Shown: one piece after another, positions 51,125-64,000 of the stretch
How the letters are laid out: each line of letters starts with the position of its first letter
Numbering within the stretch: position 1 is the stretch's first letter
Source: Camelus dromedarius
Lineage: Eukaryota
Assembly (NCBI RefSeq): GCF_036321535.1
Contig: NC_087438.1
Location: 8,248,001 to 8,312,000, forward strand
Length of the DNA stretch: 64,000 bases
Direction: 5' to 3'
The notes under the pieces: generated by a model
Databases searched by the model: none
What the model was told of the DNA's origin: nothing
The model's input: only the letters and a program-made list of their open reading frames with translations
Program-made: the position numbers and the translations under genes

Positions 51125-52275
51125 TCTGAATGCTCTACGCCAGGTCTCTGGAATTATGGCATTTCCCAGCTTGGCTGAGGGGTGCAAACACATATTCTTG
51201 GCCCTGGTGTGAGCACCAGATACTGTTTCCTCCCATCCTTCCAGAGAGATCTTTCACTGCTCCCTGGCAGTCTCCTTATATACACGGGCTGCTCAGTTCT
51301 CTGCTGAACAGTCGAAGGGGACCCTCTGCAGCTCTCAAGGGTTCTCCTTCTGAGCAGCAATCACCTTTCTTCTTTTTTGCCCTGCAGATTCCAGCCTCCT
51401 TTACCTCCCAGACTCTCAGCGCTGTCTCCATCTCGGGGAGTGCTCTGGGCTCTGCCTGGGTCCTCCCTTCTCCACTGTGCTGGGGAGACTCTCTCAGGGC
51501 AGTAAGCTGGGGCAGCTGTAGGGCTCACCGCACCTGCTTTGTATCTCGTTAGAATCACTGTCCTTCATCGCCTGAAGTTCTTTTGTTGTCGTCGTTCTTG
51601 CTGTTTTTTGTTTGTTTTGTGGTGGAGGAAAGTGCAGCATTTATTGTAAAGGCACCAGTCCAAGGGGGACGGGTGGCTTGTGCTCTGAAACCCCCAACTC
51701 CCAGGGGGTTTCAGCAAGGCATTTTTGAAGACCAGGAGAGGGAGGGCAGCGTGTCGCTGGGTATGTGATCAGCTTGTGCACAGTTCTCTGACTGGTTGAT
51801 GGTGAGGTCACAGGGCAGTTAACACGACCAATCCTTAGGCGCCAGTAGGTCTGGGGGCTCATGATCATCAAGGAGTTAATTTCTTCCATTCAGCAGTGGT
51901 TTTAGCATCTGTAAAACAGCTCGGGAAGTGTGCACCAGATCCTATGATCTGGGTACTTCAGAGAGGAGCTACAGCAGAGGATACGGGGAAGGGTCTGTCC
52001 TGGGAAAGCCCCACAGGGTCCTGCTCGGTTACATTTTCTGTAACTGGTCTGAGAAGGTTCCATGTGTGGGACTGCTTCCGCCAACCTGCACCATCATCAG
52101 CAACCGCATCAAGAAGAGGACTTGATCTTCCGGAATTCAGGTGTTTTTTGCTGCCACCTCGCATGTCTACAAAACTGCTATTTCCTATTTTTATATTTAT
52201 TTTTTGTCACTGTTATTGTTTCAGGTGGGAAGGTATTTCTGGGCACCGTTCCTCTCTTAGCTGAAAGCTGAAAGG
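51125..52275 (-). mobile_element. Ancient L1ME-like 5' region, split by the insertion at about 51581-52160
   Basis: 'gggcagtaagctggggcagctgtagggctcacc...atcactgtcct' resumes as 'atgtctacaaaactgctatttc...ttgtttcaggtgggaaggta' after the insertion. Confidence 0.6.
51581..52033 (-). mobile_element. ERV1-type LTR, U3-R only, followed by an A-rich tail
   Basis: Minus strand starts TGTAACCGAGCAGGACCCTGTGGGG (52033). AATAAA at 51640-51645; the LTR stops 22 nt later at ...CACCACA, then AAACAAACAAAAAACAGCAAGAACGACGACAACAAAA. Confidence 0.85.
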
Positions 52276-53954
52276 TTTGCAAGAATTAGCTATTTCTCCC
52301 CCACGCTAGATTTGTAAATACTTATTTTCCACTGTATTTAAAAATTCATACTAAATGTACTACTAAAGAGCGAAGTACTTAAGTTTTCATCTGTTTCCTT
52401 TAATTTTGTTCACTATTATAGTATCAAAAATAGAAGCTAATTTGGGTTACTTGTTTCTTTTGTTTGCACAATGAGTTTTTAATTGAATCAGCATTTCTTT
52501 ATAAAGGAAGCTGAATCAATGTGTTTTTTAAAATGTCCATTCAATAAATGTTTACTTAGTCATCACATATATGACACAAGCAATTAATGAAGTGAATTTT
52601 CCCTCTGAGCTTTGCTAAGGAGTACACAGTAAATGTCAAGGCCTTCAAGGAGCAAGAATGTTTGTCCTTTGCATCTAATAACCTGTAGTTTATTAATAAA
52701 ATAACACAAAACACAAGAATAAAGTTGGAGGCAGAAATATTTATTGAGCACATACTACTGAGTGTGTAATTACTAGGACAGCATGTAAGGAGGAAACAAT
52801 CCTGCTGGGTTGTCATTGGTTTCTAGAACACTCCTGGCACACAGTAGGTGCTCAATAAATATCTATTAAATAAAAGCATCCACACTAAGTGCTTTACACA
52901 TGTTGCCTTGCATAAACACCATAAAACTGCTATTTCTTCGGTTCTGTTTTTTTTTTCCCTTACTTCACAAAAATGTTAAGGTAATTACATTGAAAGGATT
53001 GGCCTTGGCCAGGGAAGAAACTCTTCCTTCAAAGTAGAAGAGAGAATGAGATCAAGGATGATGTTTTAGGCGATCTGGACATAAGGATGGAAATGCTGAA
53101 GGAACTAATATTGGATAGACTAAATATTCCCAGTACTGTCAATTTTTTTGCTCCAGAGCCCACTGCAATCCATTAATGTAGAGACATCTGATGTCAGTGC
53201 AAACTATGAAGTTCATTAACATTCATATTAAGACTCATCATTTAAATAATTTTTACTTGTACGAACTCTAAAGATGAGGTTCTGAAATGCCTTAGTGCAC
53301 TGTCACTCTTATTACAGTCATTTTTACCTTACTCCAACCCAAGGGCCTAGGACTCACAGGGAGGGCTGTTTTTGCCGCAGCTCATCACTGGGGTCGGGAA
53401 CTCAAAGGACCTAAGCTGGTCTTATGCTTGGAATTGAAACTGACCTTAGAATTGGGAACTAGAGAAGCTGCAGCTGAGAGTATTCCAAAGGGAGACACTT
53501 AAACTGTGGTTTGAGTAGAGAGATAACCTTGCCCATTTCTCACTTTGATGTTTGCAGGGAGAACAGACCTCTCAGGACTGAATAATTCCTGGGCATCTTA
53601 GAGACTTTGGGATGAAAGGGCATTCAAGGAAGGGATGTTGCTAATAAGGCCAGCTGGGTACCCAAGAAATCAGTCAGAAAAATAAAACAATGTAGATGCA
53701 TTTAGTGAAATTTGTAGTACTGGTTGTAGGTGAATATGTGCTATTAAATTAATTCAGTGAAGGTGAGACTATAAAGAGAGATGAGAAGAAGAGTGAAGAA
53801 ATATCTTTGAAGGTTATCTGGATTGGAGGATAGAAAGAACAAGAGAAGCCAGCAAGATAAATACAAGAATGATCATGAGGCAGAAGACCACTACTATAGC
53901 TTCCCCTGGACAGTTTCAGTGAAGTGATTATACAAATTACTGATGATATAAAAA

Positions 53955-55190
53955 GTGATATAACACCAAAAATACAGGAAACACAAGGAAAGACAGACAA
54001 GTAGGACTACATCAGACTAAAAAGCTTCCTTTCCTTTCAGCAAAGGAAACAGCGAACAGAGTGAAAAGGAACCTATGGAGTGGAAGAAAATATTTAAAGG
54101 GGTTAATTTCTAAAACAGATATGGAACTCGTATAACTCAAAAGTGAAAAAACAAAAAGAAATCAATTAAAAGTGGTAAAGTACTTGAATAGACATTTCTC
54201 CAAAGAAGGCATATAAATGGCCAGCAAGTATATAAAAAAGGTGCTCAATACCACTAATTATCAAGAAAATGCAAAACCAAACTGCAACCTGGTCTCACCT
54301 AAATACCTCTTAGGGTGGTTATTATTAAAAGAGCAAAAGATAGCAAGTATTAGCGAGGATGTGGAGAAATTGTACACTGCTGACGGAAATGTAAAATGGT
54401 GCAGCCACTATGTAAACCAGTATGGAGGTTCCTCAAAAAGTTAAAAATAGAACTACCATATGACCTGGTAATCCCACGCCTGGGTATGCATCCAGAAGAA
54501 CTGAAGTCAGGATCTAGAGGAGGTATCTACACTCCCATGTTCACTGCAGCATAATTCACAATAGCCAAGATATGTACAAAATTAAACAACTGGATAAAGA
54601 ACCTATGGCATACACCATGAAATATGACTCAGCCTTAGAAAAGGAAAAAACTGAACTATTTGCGACAACACGGATGGACCTGGAAGACGCTATGCTAAGT
54701 GAAATAAGTCAGTCACCGTAAGACAAAAATTGCAATTCTGCTTATTTAAGGGTATCTAAAATTGTCAAACCTCTAGAAGCAGAAAATAGAACGGCGGTTG
54801 CCAGGGGCTAGGGAGTTGTAGTTCAAGGGTATAAAATTTCATTTAATTACTTGATGAACAAGTCTTGAGATCTGCTATGTAACACAGTGCCTGTATTTAC
54901 CAATAGTGCTGTACATGTGAATTTTTCTTAGGAGGGTATATTTCATATTAAGTTTTCCTATCACCAAAGGGAAAAAAAAAGAGGCAAAGGGACACAAGGA
55001 AACTTTTGGAGCAGATGGATATGCTTGTATGTATATTACTTTGATTGTGGTGATAGAATCCTGAGTGTATGTATGTGTCCAGACTCATCAAATTGTATAC
55101 ATTAAATATAGGCAGGGTTGGGGTTTTTTTTTTTGTACAACAATTATACTAAATAAAATTGTTCAAAAAAACCAAAAAGAACACAAAAAT
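53955..55190 (+). mobile_element. Old L1MA-like 3' ORF2 plus 3' UTR
   Basis: 'acaccaaaa..acag', 'gaatagacatttctccaaagaag', 'ctaagtgaaataagtcagtcac', A-rich tail. Confidence 0.88.
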
Positions 55191-56788
55191 ATGATTTAGA
55201 AACTGTCCAGAGAAATTGGGATTCCATAAGAATAGCGGGTGGTTTAGAGAGGGCATCCTATGGTAAAGTTTTAAGAAAAAGCAAGTAGTGTCAGAGAACC
55301 TAACCCTCCATACTTGGTGGCAATTACCTTGTTTAGAGATCATAGAAATGTATAGAAGTAGTGGATGGATGATACCAAAATTCATTAAACGTTACTAAGA
55401 GTCAGATGTAAATGATTTTCACCCCTAGAATAGCACATTGTTGAGTCACATAATATATTAGGATTATTATAAGAAAAATTATCATATAGTTTGATAACAT
55501 TTTCTTAAAGAGTCTAAATTAATAATTAATTTGGCTTAATTAAGTGGAATTTATTAAACGTTTTTAAGTAGATTAAAAACATCTAAAGTCCCTCGAGGGG
55601 GCTTAGCTCACTCAGTATGAAAACTGAAATCAAAAAAACATGTACTCATAGCTTCATTAATTCCTTCAATAAATATTTTATTTAACCTTGTGGCACAGCA
55701 TACATGCTAGGTTTGAGAAAGTGGGAAAATTTAGATTGAACAGAGAATTAAGTAAAACTAGATTTGCCATGATTTTACTCATATGAGAAGGTGGAAAAGA
55801 GACTGAAGTGGAGAATGGAGAGGATGGATGAGATGCTGGACGGTGTGAGATAAAGACGTTTCCTACCACGTAGATCTGATCACAGGAACCCCAGGACTTA
55901 AGATTCAAAGTGCACAAGCCAGCCGGCCAAATTGGGAAGGGGGACCCGAAACATATCCCGAGACGGGCTGTGTGGACAGTACGTGCTCGGACATCGAGGT
56001 TGCTCCCCTCCGGTGGGAGAAAAGAACACTGAGCATGTCAGCACCCACCCAGGCACAAAACCGCGGGCCTGTGCTAAGCCCTCGCGTTTGATAATGGAAC
56101 GCTGGTGAGCACGAGGGTGAGGCGCAGAAAGGGGCGTGGGATCGGATAGGAGGAATCACCGCAGTGGCGGCTCCAGGGTTCCCTTCAATGAGCCCTTGAG
56201 GAAAACTTGCTCCGCCTGTTGAGTCAAGTTAGGTGAGAAAGGAAAACCTATTAATGAGCAACAGAGGGTGCTGGTCCTGTTCAAGGTGCTAGTCCTGTGA
56301 GAGCACTGAAAGGCTGAAATCTGACAGTTCAAGATTCAGTCAACATTCCTGCTGCAGCCTCTATTTCTTCAATTTGGGTCCATACCTAGTTTTATTTTGA
56401 GCAAATTCCTGGGTCAGTAATAAAGACAGCAACCATTCTCCAGGCGCGGGGACGGTATGGGGCCATTTTGTTAACGACTCAGCCTCCTTGGGGACCGATG
56501 CTCTGCCTGTGTGTGTGCTATTTCTCTGCCTGCTGTGGGCTTCGTCTGATGGTCCCTTGGCCTGTCTAATGAGCCCCTCACTCAGCAGATACCTCTGCTT
56601 TCCCCTGACCTCTTCCATCCTCCCCGTCTAAGACTGTCCATGGCCTAATATCTCCCTGTCTCCTGCTGGAGTCTCAGCACATTGCCCATTTCATCCAGAG
56701 GCTCACTACAGCCTCCATATTTCACTTCCCCTATATCCTGCCCATCTTGTCCGCAGATGAGATCTAGTTTTTAGAAGCAACAATGTCA

Positions 56789-58401
56789 CAGAAATAGAAC
56801 AAATCATAATAAAATTTATATGGAACCACAAAAGGCCTAGAATTGCCAAAGCATTACTGAAGAAAAAGAAAGAGGCTGGAGAATAACTCTCCTGGACTTC
56901 AGACAATACTATAGAGCTGGTATTGGTACAAAATAAGATATGGTATTGGTACAAAAACAGACATATAGACCAATGGAACAAAATAGAGAGCCCAGAAATG
57001 AACCCACAAACTTTCAGTCAACTAATCTTCAACAAAGGAAGCGAGAACTTACAATGGAATAAAGACAGTCTCTTAACCAAACTGTGTTGGGAAAACTGGA
57101 CAGCAGCATGTAAATCAGTGAAGCTAGAGCACTCCCTTACACCATACACAAAAATAAACTCAAAATGGATCAAAGACTTAAACATAAGACAAGATACAAT
57201 AAATCTCCTAGAAGAAAATATAGGCAAAACTTTATCTCACATACATCTCAAAAATGTTCTCCTAGGGCAGTCTACCCAAGCAATAGAAATAAAAGCAAGA
57301 ATAAACAAATGGAACCTAATGAAACTTACAAGCTTCTGGACAGCAAAGGAAACCATAAGTAAAACAAAACGACAACCTACAGAATGGGAGAAAATTTTTG
57401 CAAACGATGAAACCAACAAAGGCTTGATCTCCAGAATATATAAGCAGCTCATACGACATAAGAAAAAAAATAAACAACCCAATCCAAAAATGGGCAGAAG
57501 ACCTAAACAAGCAATTCTCCAAGGAAGAAATACAAATGATCAATAGCACATGAAAAAATGTTCAACCACTATCAAAGAAATGCAAATCAAAACTACAATG
57601 AGGCATCACCTCACACCAGTCAGAATGGTCATCATTCAAAAGTCCACAAATGACAAATGCTGGAGAGGCTGTGGAGAAAAGGGAACCCTCTTACACTGCT
57701 GGTGGGAATGTAGTTTGGTGCAGCCACTGTGGAAAACAGTATGGAGATTCCTCAAAAGGCTAGGAACAGACTTACCATATGACCCAGGAATCCCGCTTGT
57801 GGGCATATATCCAGAAGGAACCTTACTTCAAAAAGACACTTGCACCCAAAGGTTCATAGAAGCACTATTTACAATAGCCAAGACATGAAAATAGTCTATG
57901 TCCATCAGCAGATGACTGGATAAAGAAGAAGTGGTATATTTATACAATGGAATACTATTCAGCCATGAAAACCAACAACATAACGCCATTTGTAGCAACA
58001 TGGATGTTCCTGGAGAATGGATTCTAAGTGAAGTAAGCCAAAAAGAGAAAGAAAACTACCATATGAGATCGCTCATATGTGGAATCTAAAACAAACAAAC
58101 AAAAGAACATAAATACAAAACAGAAACAGACTCGTAGACATAGAATACAAACTTGTGGTTGCCAAGGGGGCATGGGGTGGGAAGGGATAGACTGGGATTT
58201 CAAAACTGTAGAATAGATAAACAAGATTATACTGTATAGCACAGGGAAGTATCTACAAGATCTTGTGGTAGCTCACAGCGAAAAACAAATGTGACAATGA
58301 ATATATGTATGTTCATGTATAACTGAAAAATTGTGCTCTGCACTGGAATTTGACACAACATTTTAAAACGACTATAACTCAATAAAAAATGTAAAAAAAA
58401 A
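56789..58401 (+). mobile_element. Young 5'-truncated L1, 1.6 kb, frameshifted ORF2 C-terminal part, full 3' UTR and poly(A)
   Basis: ORFs 56923-57546 and 57550-57888 encode ORF2p ([37 protein letters not shown]). TSD aagcaacaatgtca (56775-56788) / aagcaccaatgtca (58402-58415). Endonuclease-like site tt|agaa. Confidence 0.97.
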
Positions 58402-60999
58402 AAGCACCAATGTCAACACAATCACATTCGTTCTATGTAAAAGGAGACAATGGAAGATCACTGCTATTTCTCTTCAGGCTCTAAGAGTCAATGATTTTAG
58501 GGAATCTGACTTAGTGGCTCTGCTTGCAACAGTGGAGCAAAATGAATGTTCAAGTGTTTTGAAATACCATTTTAGAAAGTGATTTATTGTCATTGCCGTT
58601 GTATAAATGTTGTCCTCAGATGTTCCTCTACCTGGGAGAGGATCAGAGTCCAGGACTTGTTCTCTGTCCTCTGGTTTGAATCTCTGCAGGAAAGATGAGA
58701 GACTAGTTTTGCACCGTGGAGATGAGTTTTTGCTACCTGATTCTTTTATCTCTGCATCCATCAAGGATTTGTACTATCAAGGGAACCTGGGTGACCTTTC
58801 TTCTCGCATCACTTTTAATTCCCATTTCACATGAATGAGTTGACTTCATAGCCACACACTCTTGGCGATGTTAATTTCATCCCACTGAGACAGGTGCGAA
58901 GCCAAATCTGAAGGGAAGGTGGCACGGGTGACAGGGTAATAATAGGACGCCTATAGCAAAGCGTCCGACAAATCTGGGAAGAACAAGCCATGATGTGGAG
59001 ACGGAATGGAACAAATCAATGTCAACTGTAAAGCTATGTAAACCTCATCGACAAGTCAAAAACTATGGCAAAGAGCTGTCTGTGAAAGTTTACAAAACTG
59101 ACAGATTAATGTTTTAAACAACCACGATGTCAGCCTGGTCACCTAGCAAGACAGCAGATGACAGGAATCAGCGCCCCGAAGCAGAATCATAGGCACCTTT
59201 CCAGAATAACTGCAGTGAAATAAAACAAAACACCTCTTTCTGACCAACTCCTTCAATCTGTAGGATTCCATGTGCTTTGTTCTAGCCAAATCCCTTGATA
59301 TCCAAATAAAACATGTTGATCAGAGTTTACTTAATTCAACTAAATGGCAGGACTCCACGAAATAAAGAAGGCCATGTTTCTTGGTAGTTTAAGATGATGT
59401 TAGAATCCATTAGGTTTGATGCAAAATTTAGTGATACTACTATATTGGTGACTCTTACCTATAATCTCTAGAAGTTTTTTTAATGCCTGGTACATAACCC
59501 AGAGGGACTGAATAAAAATGTATAGGTAATGGGGCCCTGATGTGTATTTTGAAAATTTTCTACTAGTGATTTTTATGCCCATACCTACTTTGGAATAAAT
59601 TTTCCTTATGACATAGCCCATAATAATGGCAGTCAATATTTTAAATATTTACTTACCCTGTATCATACTCCACTAAATGCTTTACATGCATTAACTTTTT
59701 TTGTTTTCACATTGACCCAATAAGGAAGGCGTTTTATTTTCGAAGACATCTCAAATTTAAAAATGTTAACTAACTGCCTCAAAGATTAGCTGGGACTAGA
59801 AGTTTATCTCAGACTAACTGCTCAGAACCCCACCTCAAAACTCTTGAGTATTTATTCACATTGTTTTAATAGAGGCTGCAGAACCAGGACCAGCAAAACA
59901 ATAACACAAATTCCCTTAATGAGGAATGACTACAGTTGACTTATTTTAGTTTTTCTTGCCTTCCTAGATATAAAATATTGGAATTATTATGTCCAACCAC
60001 AGGAAGAACTGTACTCATTGTACTGTTGAAGTTTACACCACAACTGACATATTACCTTCTAAATAAAGGCCTTTAACTTTTAAGGGGGCCACTGCCAAGT
60101 TCAGATATACCCAGAGGAGGCAAAGAGAATGTTGAGGAGTTTTGCACCAGTTTCCTTGTCTGTATCACACCATAATGGAGAAACCAGCCTTCCAATGTTT
60201 AAAGGATGAAAGAGGAAGTACCAGAACCCCAGGCTTAGCCAAGGGCAATGACTTGCAGTCCCTCAAATGAATGTTGAACGTGCTCACTCTGTGCCCACTG
60301 CTCCGAATATCCACTTCCTCTCCCCCCATCTTCTCCTCTTTATAAGTCTAGGGACAATGTCTTTGCTTTTCAATTTTATGGTACTGAATTGCAGCATCAA
60401 CTTATTTAATTACTACCTGTTCTGTAAGAGTACATTCCTGCCCTCACCCTCACTCCTTACACAAGAGAAAAAAAATGACCACGACTTTCACAGCGCCAAC
60501 AGTGCTTTACTGGATTCACTTAACTACATGCTTGTCTCCTTAGAACATACATGTCTTGTTGGCAGGGACCATTCCTTTGCGTTATCATCTTCTCATCTAG
60601 CCTAGAGTGTACTCAGTGCACGATAAATGGATGGATGGCTGACTTAACGTACACCCCCAATAATGTTTGGGTCAATATAAGAAAATATGCCACAGTGCAT
60701 ACGCACAGAGCAAACTTACTAACGTATCTGATAAAATGCAGAACATGAGATTACGTTACTTTCGTGGCACTTCCAATCCAAGATTTCTATCATCTTTTTT
60801 GTGAATTTCTCTCTCTCTCTCTCATTGTATGTCTTTTGTATAACTTGAATTATAGGATAAGAATTGTAAGAATAATTCTATTCAGAACAGAAATGCTTGA
60901 GGGACAAAAGGCCAATATTTATCCTTTCTCACTCAATGCTCTTTGCTGAAATTTAAACAGCTAAATATTGATACCAGTGGAATAATTATATATGTTCTC

Positions 61000-62560
61000 A
61001 TTTCTAAAGAACATCAGTATTTTACTTGACCTACTGTTAGCACTTCACTTTGTTGCCTTTCCGTCCTTCCCTAAACACACTCTTCTTATGGTTTTCAATA
61101 CGCCCCTCAGCTGCTTTCTTCCCACCTCTCTGACTGCCCTGATTCTCAGGTTATCTCTTACTCCCTTCAGCAAGCATTCTCCCTGGAATGCATTTAAATT
61201 TCTATTCTCTTACACTTTCTCTGAATCATCTCATCCATTCTCACAGCTTCAATAACCAAATAATGGTGTATCTCCGACTGTCTATTGACATTCATTCTGG
61301 AAAACCCAGAGGCTCATGTCCAAAACTGAAACCACAGCCAGTCTGCAAACCTGCTGTTACTCTTTTGTTTTCCTATTTCAGTAAATGGCACCATCCTTTA
61401 CCCAAGCTGCCTAACCTCCACACTTGGGTATCATTCTGGACTTTGTCCTCTTCAAATATACATAACAAATCATTAAGTACCAGTGTGACTTGTGATTTAT
61501 AATAAAAAATATAACTTTGGACTTCATCCCTATTTCTGTCACAGAGTTCCTAAAACCTTAGAATTTTCCAAGTGATGAGTGTGACAAAGGAGTCTTGTTA
61601 TGTTAATGAGGTGACTTTTAGACCACATCTAAGGATGGGGGCTGGTTGTCAAGGGAACCAACAATGTAATTAAAAGGTTGCTATTTTCAGTTCCAGGCCC
61701 TTGACCTCTGGGAAGGGAAGGGGGCTGGTGATTGAGTTCAATTGCCAATGGCCAATGATTCAATCAACCATGCCTATGTAATAAAGCCGTCATAAAAACC
61801 CACAAGGATGTGGTTCAGAGATTTCCTGGGTTGGAGAACATGTGGAGATTTGGGGAGAGCAGCCCACTCTGGAGAGCCCTGGGCCCTTTCCTCATACTTT
61901 GCTCTATGCCTGTCTTCCATTTGGCTGTTTCTGAATTATACCCTTTTACAATAAACTCTCTGAGTTCTATGAGCCCCTCTAGCCAACTAATTGAATCCAT
62001 GAAGAAGGTTGTTGGAACATCCACTCTACAGATGGTGAGTTGATCAGAAGAACAAGTGACAGCTTGGACTTTCCAGTGGCATCTAAAGTGTGCTGGGTAC
62101 AGGGCGGGGGGGGGGAGGGAGTGTGAATCTCACAGGATTGAACCCTTAACCTGTGGAATCTGATGCCTATTTTCAAGTACATAGTGTCAGAACTGAGTTG
62201 AATTGTAGGGTACCCAGCAGGTACCCAAGAATTGCTTGGTAGGGGACAAAACCCATGCTGAAACTGACAGCAGAGTCATCAGCACCAATTCCATCTCTCT
62301 AATCTGCCGACTATCCCCACTGACACCACTCTAACCCTGGCCACCGGTATCTCTTGCCCAGACACCTAAACTCATTATCCTAATTAGTGTGTCTGTCTCT
62401 TGTTCATACCTGCTTTCAATCTGTTCTCCACATTACAGCTAAAAATTATCTTTAAAAATTTAACAAATATGATTCTCTTATTCATCTACTTTGAACCTTT
62501 CAATGACTCCTCATTTCCTAAGGATAAAAATGGATACTTCTTAAGATTTAACCCTCCAAT
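61000..62560. mobile_element. L2 relic split by the MER21-like LTR
   Basis: 'catgtccaaaactgaa', 'cagtaaatggcaccatcc...cccaagctg' before the LTR; 'atctcttgccca', 'caatctgttctccaca...cttcaatgactcc' after it. Confidence 0.6.
61484..62281 (+). mobile_element. MER21-like solo LTR
   Basis: 'gatgggggctggttgtcaagggaaccaac', 'gccaatgattcaatcaaccatgcctatgtaat', 'agtgtcagaactgagttgaattgtagg'. Confidence 0.85.
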
Positions 62561-63692
62561 GGCTGAACACTTTATAACAGTAAAGGAAATACTCTTTACC
62601 GCAAGCATCATGACGTCTCTCTTAAGTCTAGATATTAATTTGATGCATTGAAGGTATTGAACAAATTTGACTGGTTGTCCCTATTCACATTTTTCTCTGG
62701 TTTACACAAAAACAGATTTTTGCAAGTTAACAATATTATTACTAATTTGAAAATATAGACATAACCTAAAAAATTAACCAAAACTTAATCTTCTCATCAC
62801 ATTTTCTCCCAAACTTTACCACAGTTTAATTATAATCAAACAATTAATTTGTGAGGTAATTATAACTCATTTACAGTTACATGTTCAAAGATATTCTCCC
62901 TTTGGCCACCAAGAAATGTACTAATTTTCAGAGCGAGAAAGGACACTTCTTGATTCTGAGAAAAGCATTAGGAGATACTTGTTTTCTACCGATGAGCCTG
63001 GAAAGATCTCTTGCAAGATTGTGAAATCCATATTAAAAAAAACCCTCAACTGTGAAACTGACATTATCATTTACTTTGACGCTGTATCATTTGTGAGGCA
63101 GAATAATCAATTTTCCCATGATTTGCTATCTTCCGGACATAAAATCCACTAGTGAAGTTTACTGGTGGCTCTTTGAAGTTTACTGAGTTCCTGCCATTAT
63201 TTCACGATGAGGAGATATGTCAGGTCTCTTCAGTGGCTCCAAAGTCCCCAGGAAGTTCTCTCATTAGCTCCCTGGAAATCAAAACTTGTCTCCAATAATC
63301 TGGTGATGCTGCTGTTTAATTTCTCTTCACTACTGCAATGTCAGATGTCTCCAGTACATAAATGAAATGCAAAAGTAACACTGTCTTCTCAGTACCAGCC
63401 ACCATGGGGACTGAGCCATCACCGCCTACCCACTTACCTGGGAGCAAACCACAAGTTCCAGTTATTTTACAGCTATTATTCTTAGGACTGACTTCAAGGC
63501 AAGAACAATGCTACCTTTTTGATTCAAATCTCTAATACCTACCAAATAGTAGGTGCTAAGTAAACACTTATGGAATGAATGAATTTAAAAAAGCAGTACG
63601 GCAACAGATACGTATGTGTAAAGCCTTCTGCAAGGTGCTGAATGACACAAACAGGAAAGACGCAGGTACAAAGTTAGTTCATGTACAGATCA

Positions 63693-63864
63693 TGTGACGG
63701 TTAATTTCGTGTGTCAACTTGACCTGGCTAAAGGATGCCCAGACAGCTGGCAAAACATGATTTCTTCGTGTGTCTCTGAGGATGTTTCTGGAAGAGTTTG
63801 GCATTTGAAACAGAAGACGAAGTATAGAGGACCACTCTCACCAGTGCAGGTAGGCATCATTCAA
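63693..63864 (+). mobile_element. MLT2 (ERVL) LTR 5' fragment
   Basis: 'tgtgacggttaatttcgtgtgtcaacttgac.tggctaaaggatgcccagacagctgg'. Confidence 0.85.
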
Positions 63865-64000
63865 GATGGTGCTAACTACAATATTAAAACCAAGAACACT
63901 CTCCTATTAACTTGTTTAAATACAAATGGAACAAGCGAGTCTGGTACTATTTTTCATTTCTTTTCATACTGTGCAGTTGATCAAAAAAATTCCTCCTTAT

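Noticed and set aside
56923..57888. 207-aa and 112-aa ORFs as host genes
   Set aside because: Frameshifted, 5'-truncated L1 ORF2 fragments. The same applies to 13737-14552 and 35809-36045.
63432..63490. Strong minus-strand donor CAG|GTAAGT with a possible 50-nt exon
   Set aside because: Acceptor is weak and in L2-like sequence, the length is not a multiple of 3, and there is no protein similarity.

Overview
Mammalian genomic DNA, not prokaryotic. The tRNA-derived SINEs resemble the camelid vic-1 type, and the young L1s and Tigger1 derivative look cetartiodactyl, so a camel/alpaca-type genome is likely (inference). The window lies inside the delta-catenin gene CTNND2 on the minus strand. One clear 113-bp coding exon (48739-48851, N-terminal coiled coil, the exon 3 equivalent) is flanked by two very large introns full of L1, L2, MIR, LTR and DNA-transposon relics. 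Almost all ORFs in the supplied track are noise or L1 ORF2 debris. The best hunting result is a candidate 9-nt, frame-preserving neural microexon at 5780-5788 (-). It has canonical splice sites, an upstream UGC motif of the SRRM4 type and flanking UGCAUG (RBFOX) sites. Other results: an LTR copy ending in a poly(A)-derived tail just after its polyadenylation signal, an L1/SINE microhomology junction, inverted young L1s bracketing the exon, an ungapped ancient 103-bp duplication, and an intronic CpG/G-quadruplex patch. Repeat family names come from recalled consensus sequences, not a database search, and old-repeat boundaries are approximate.
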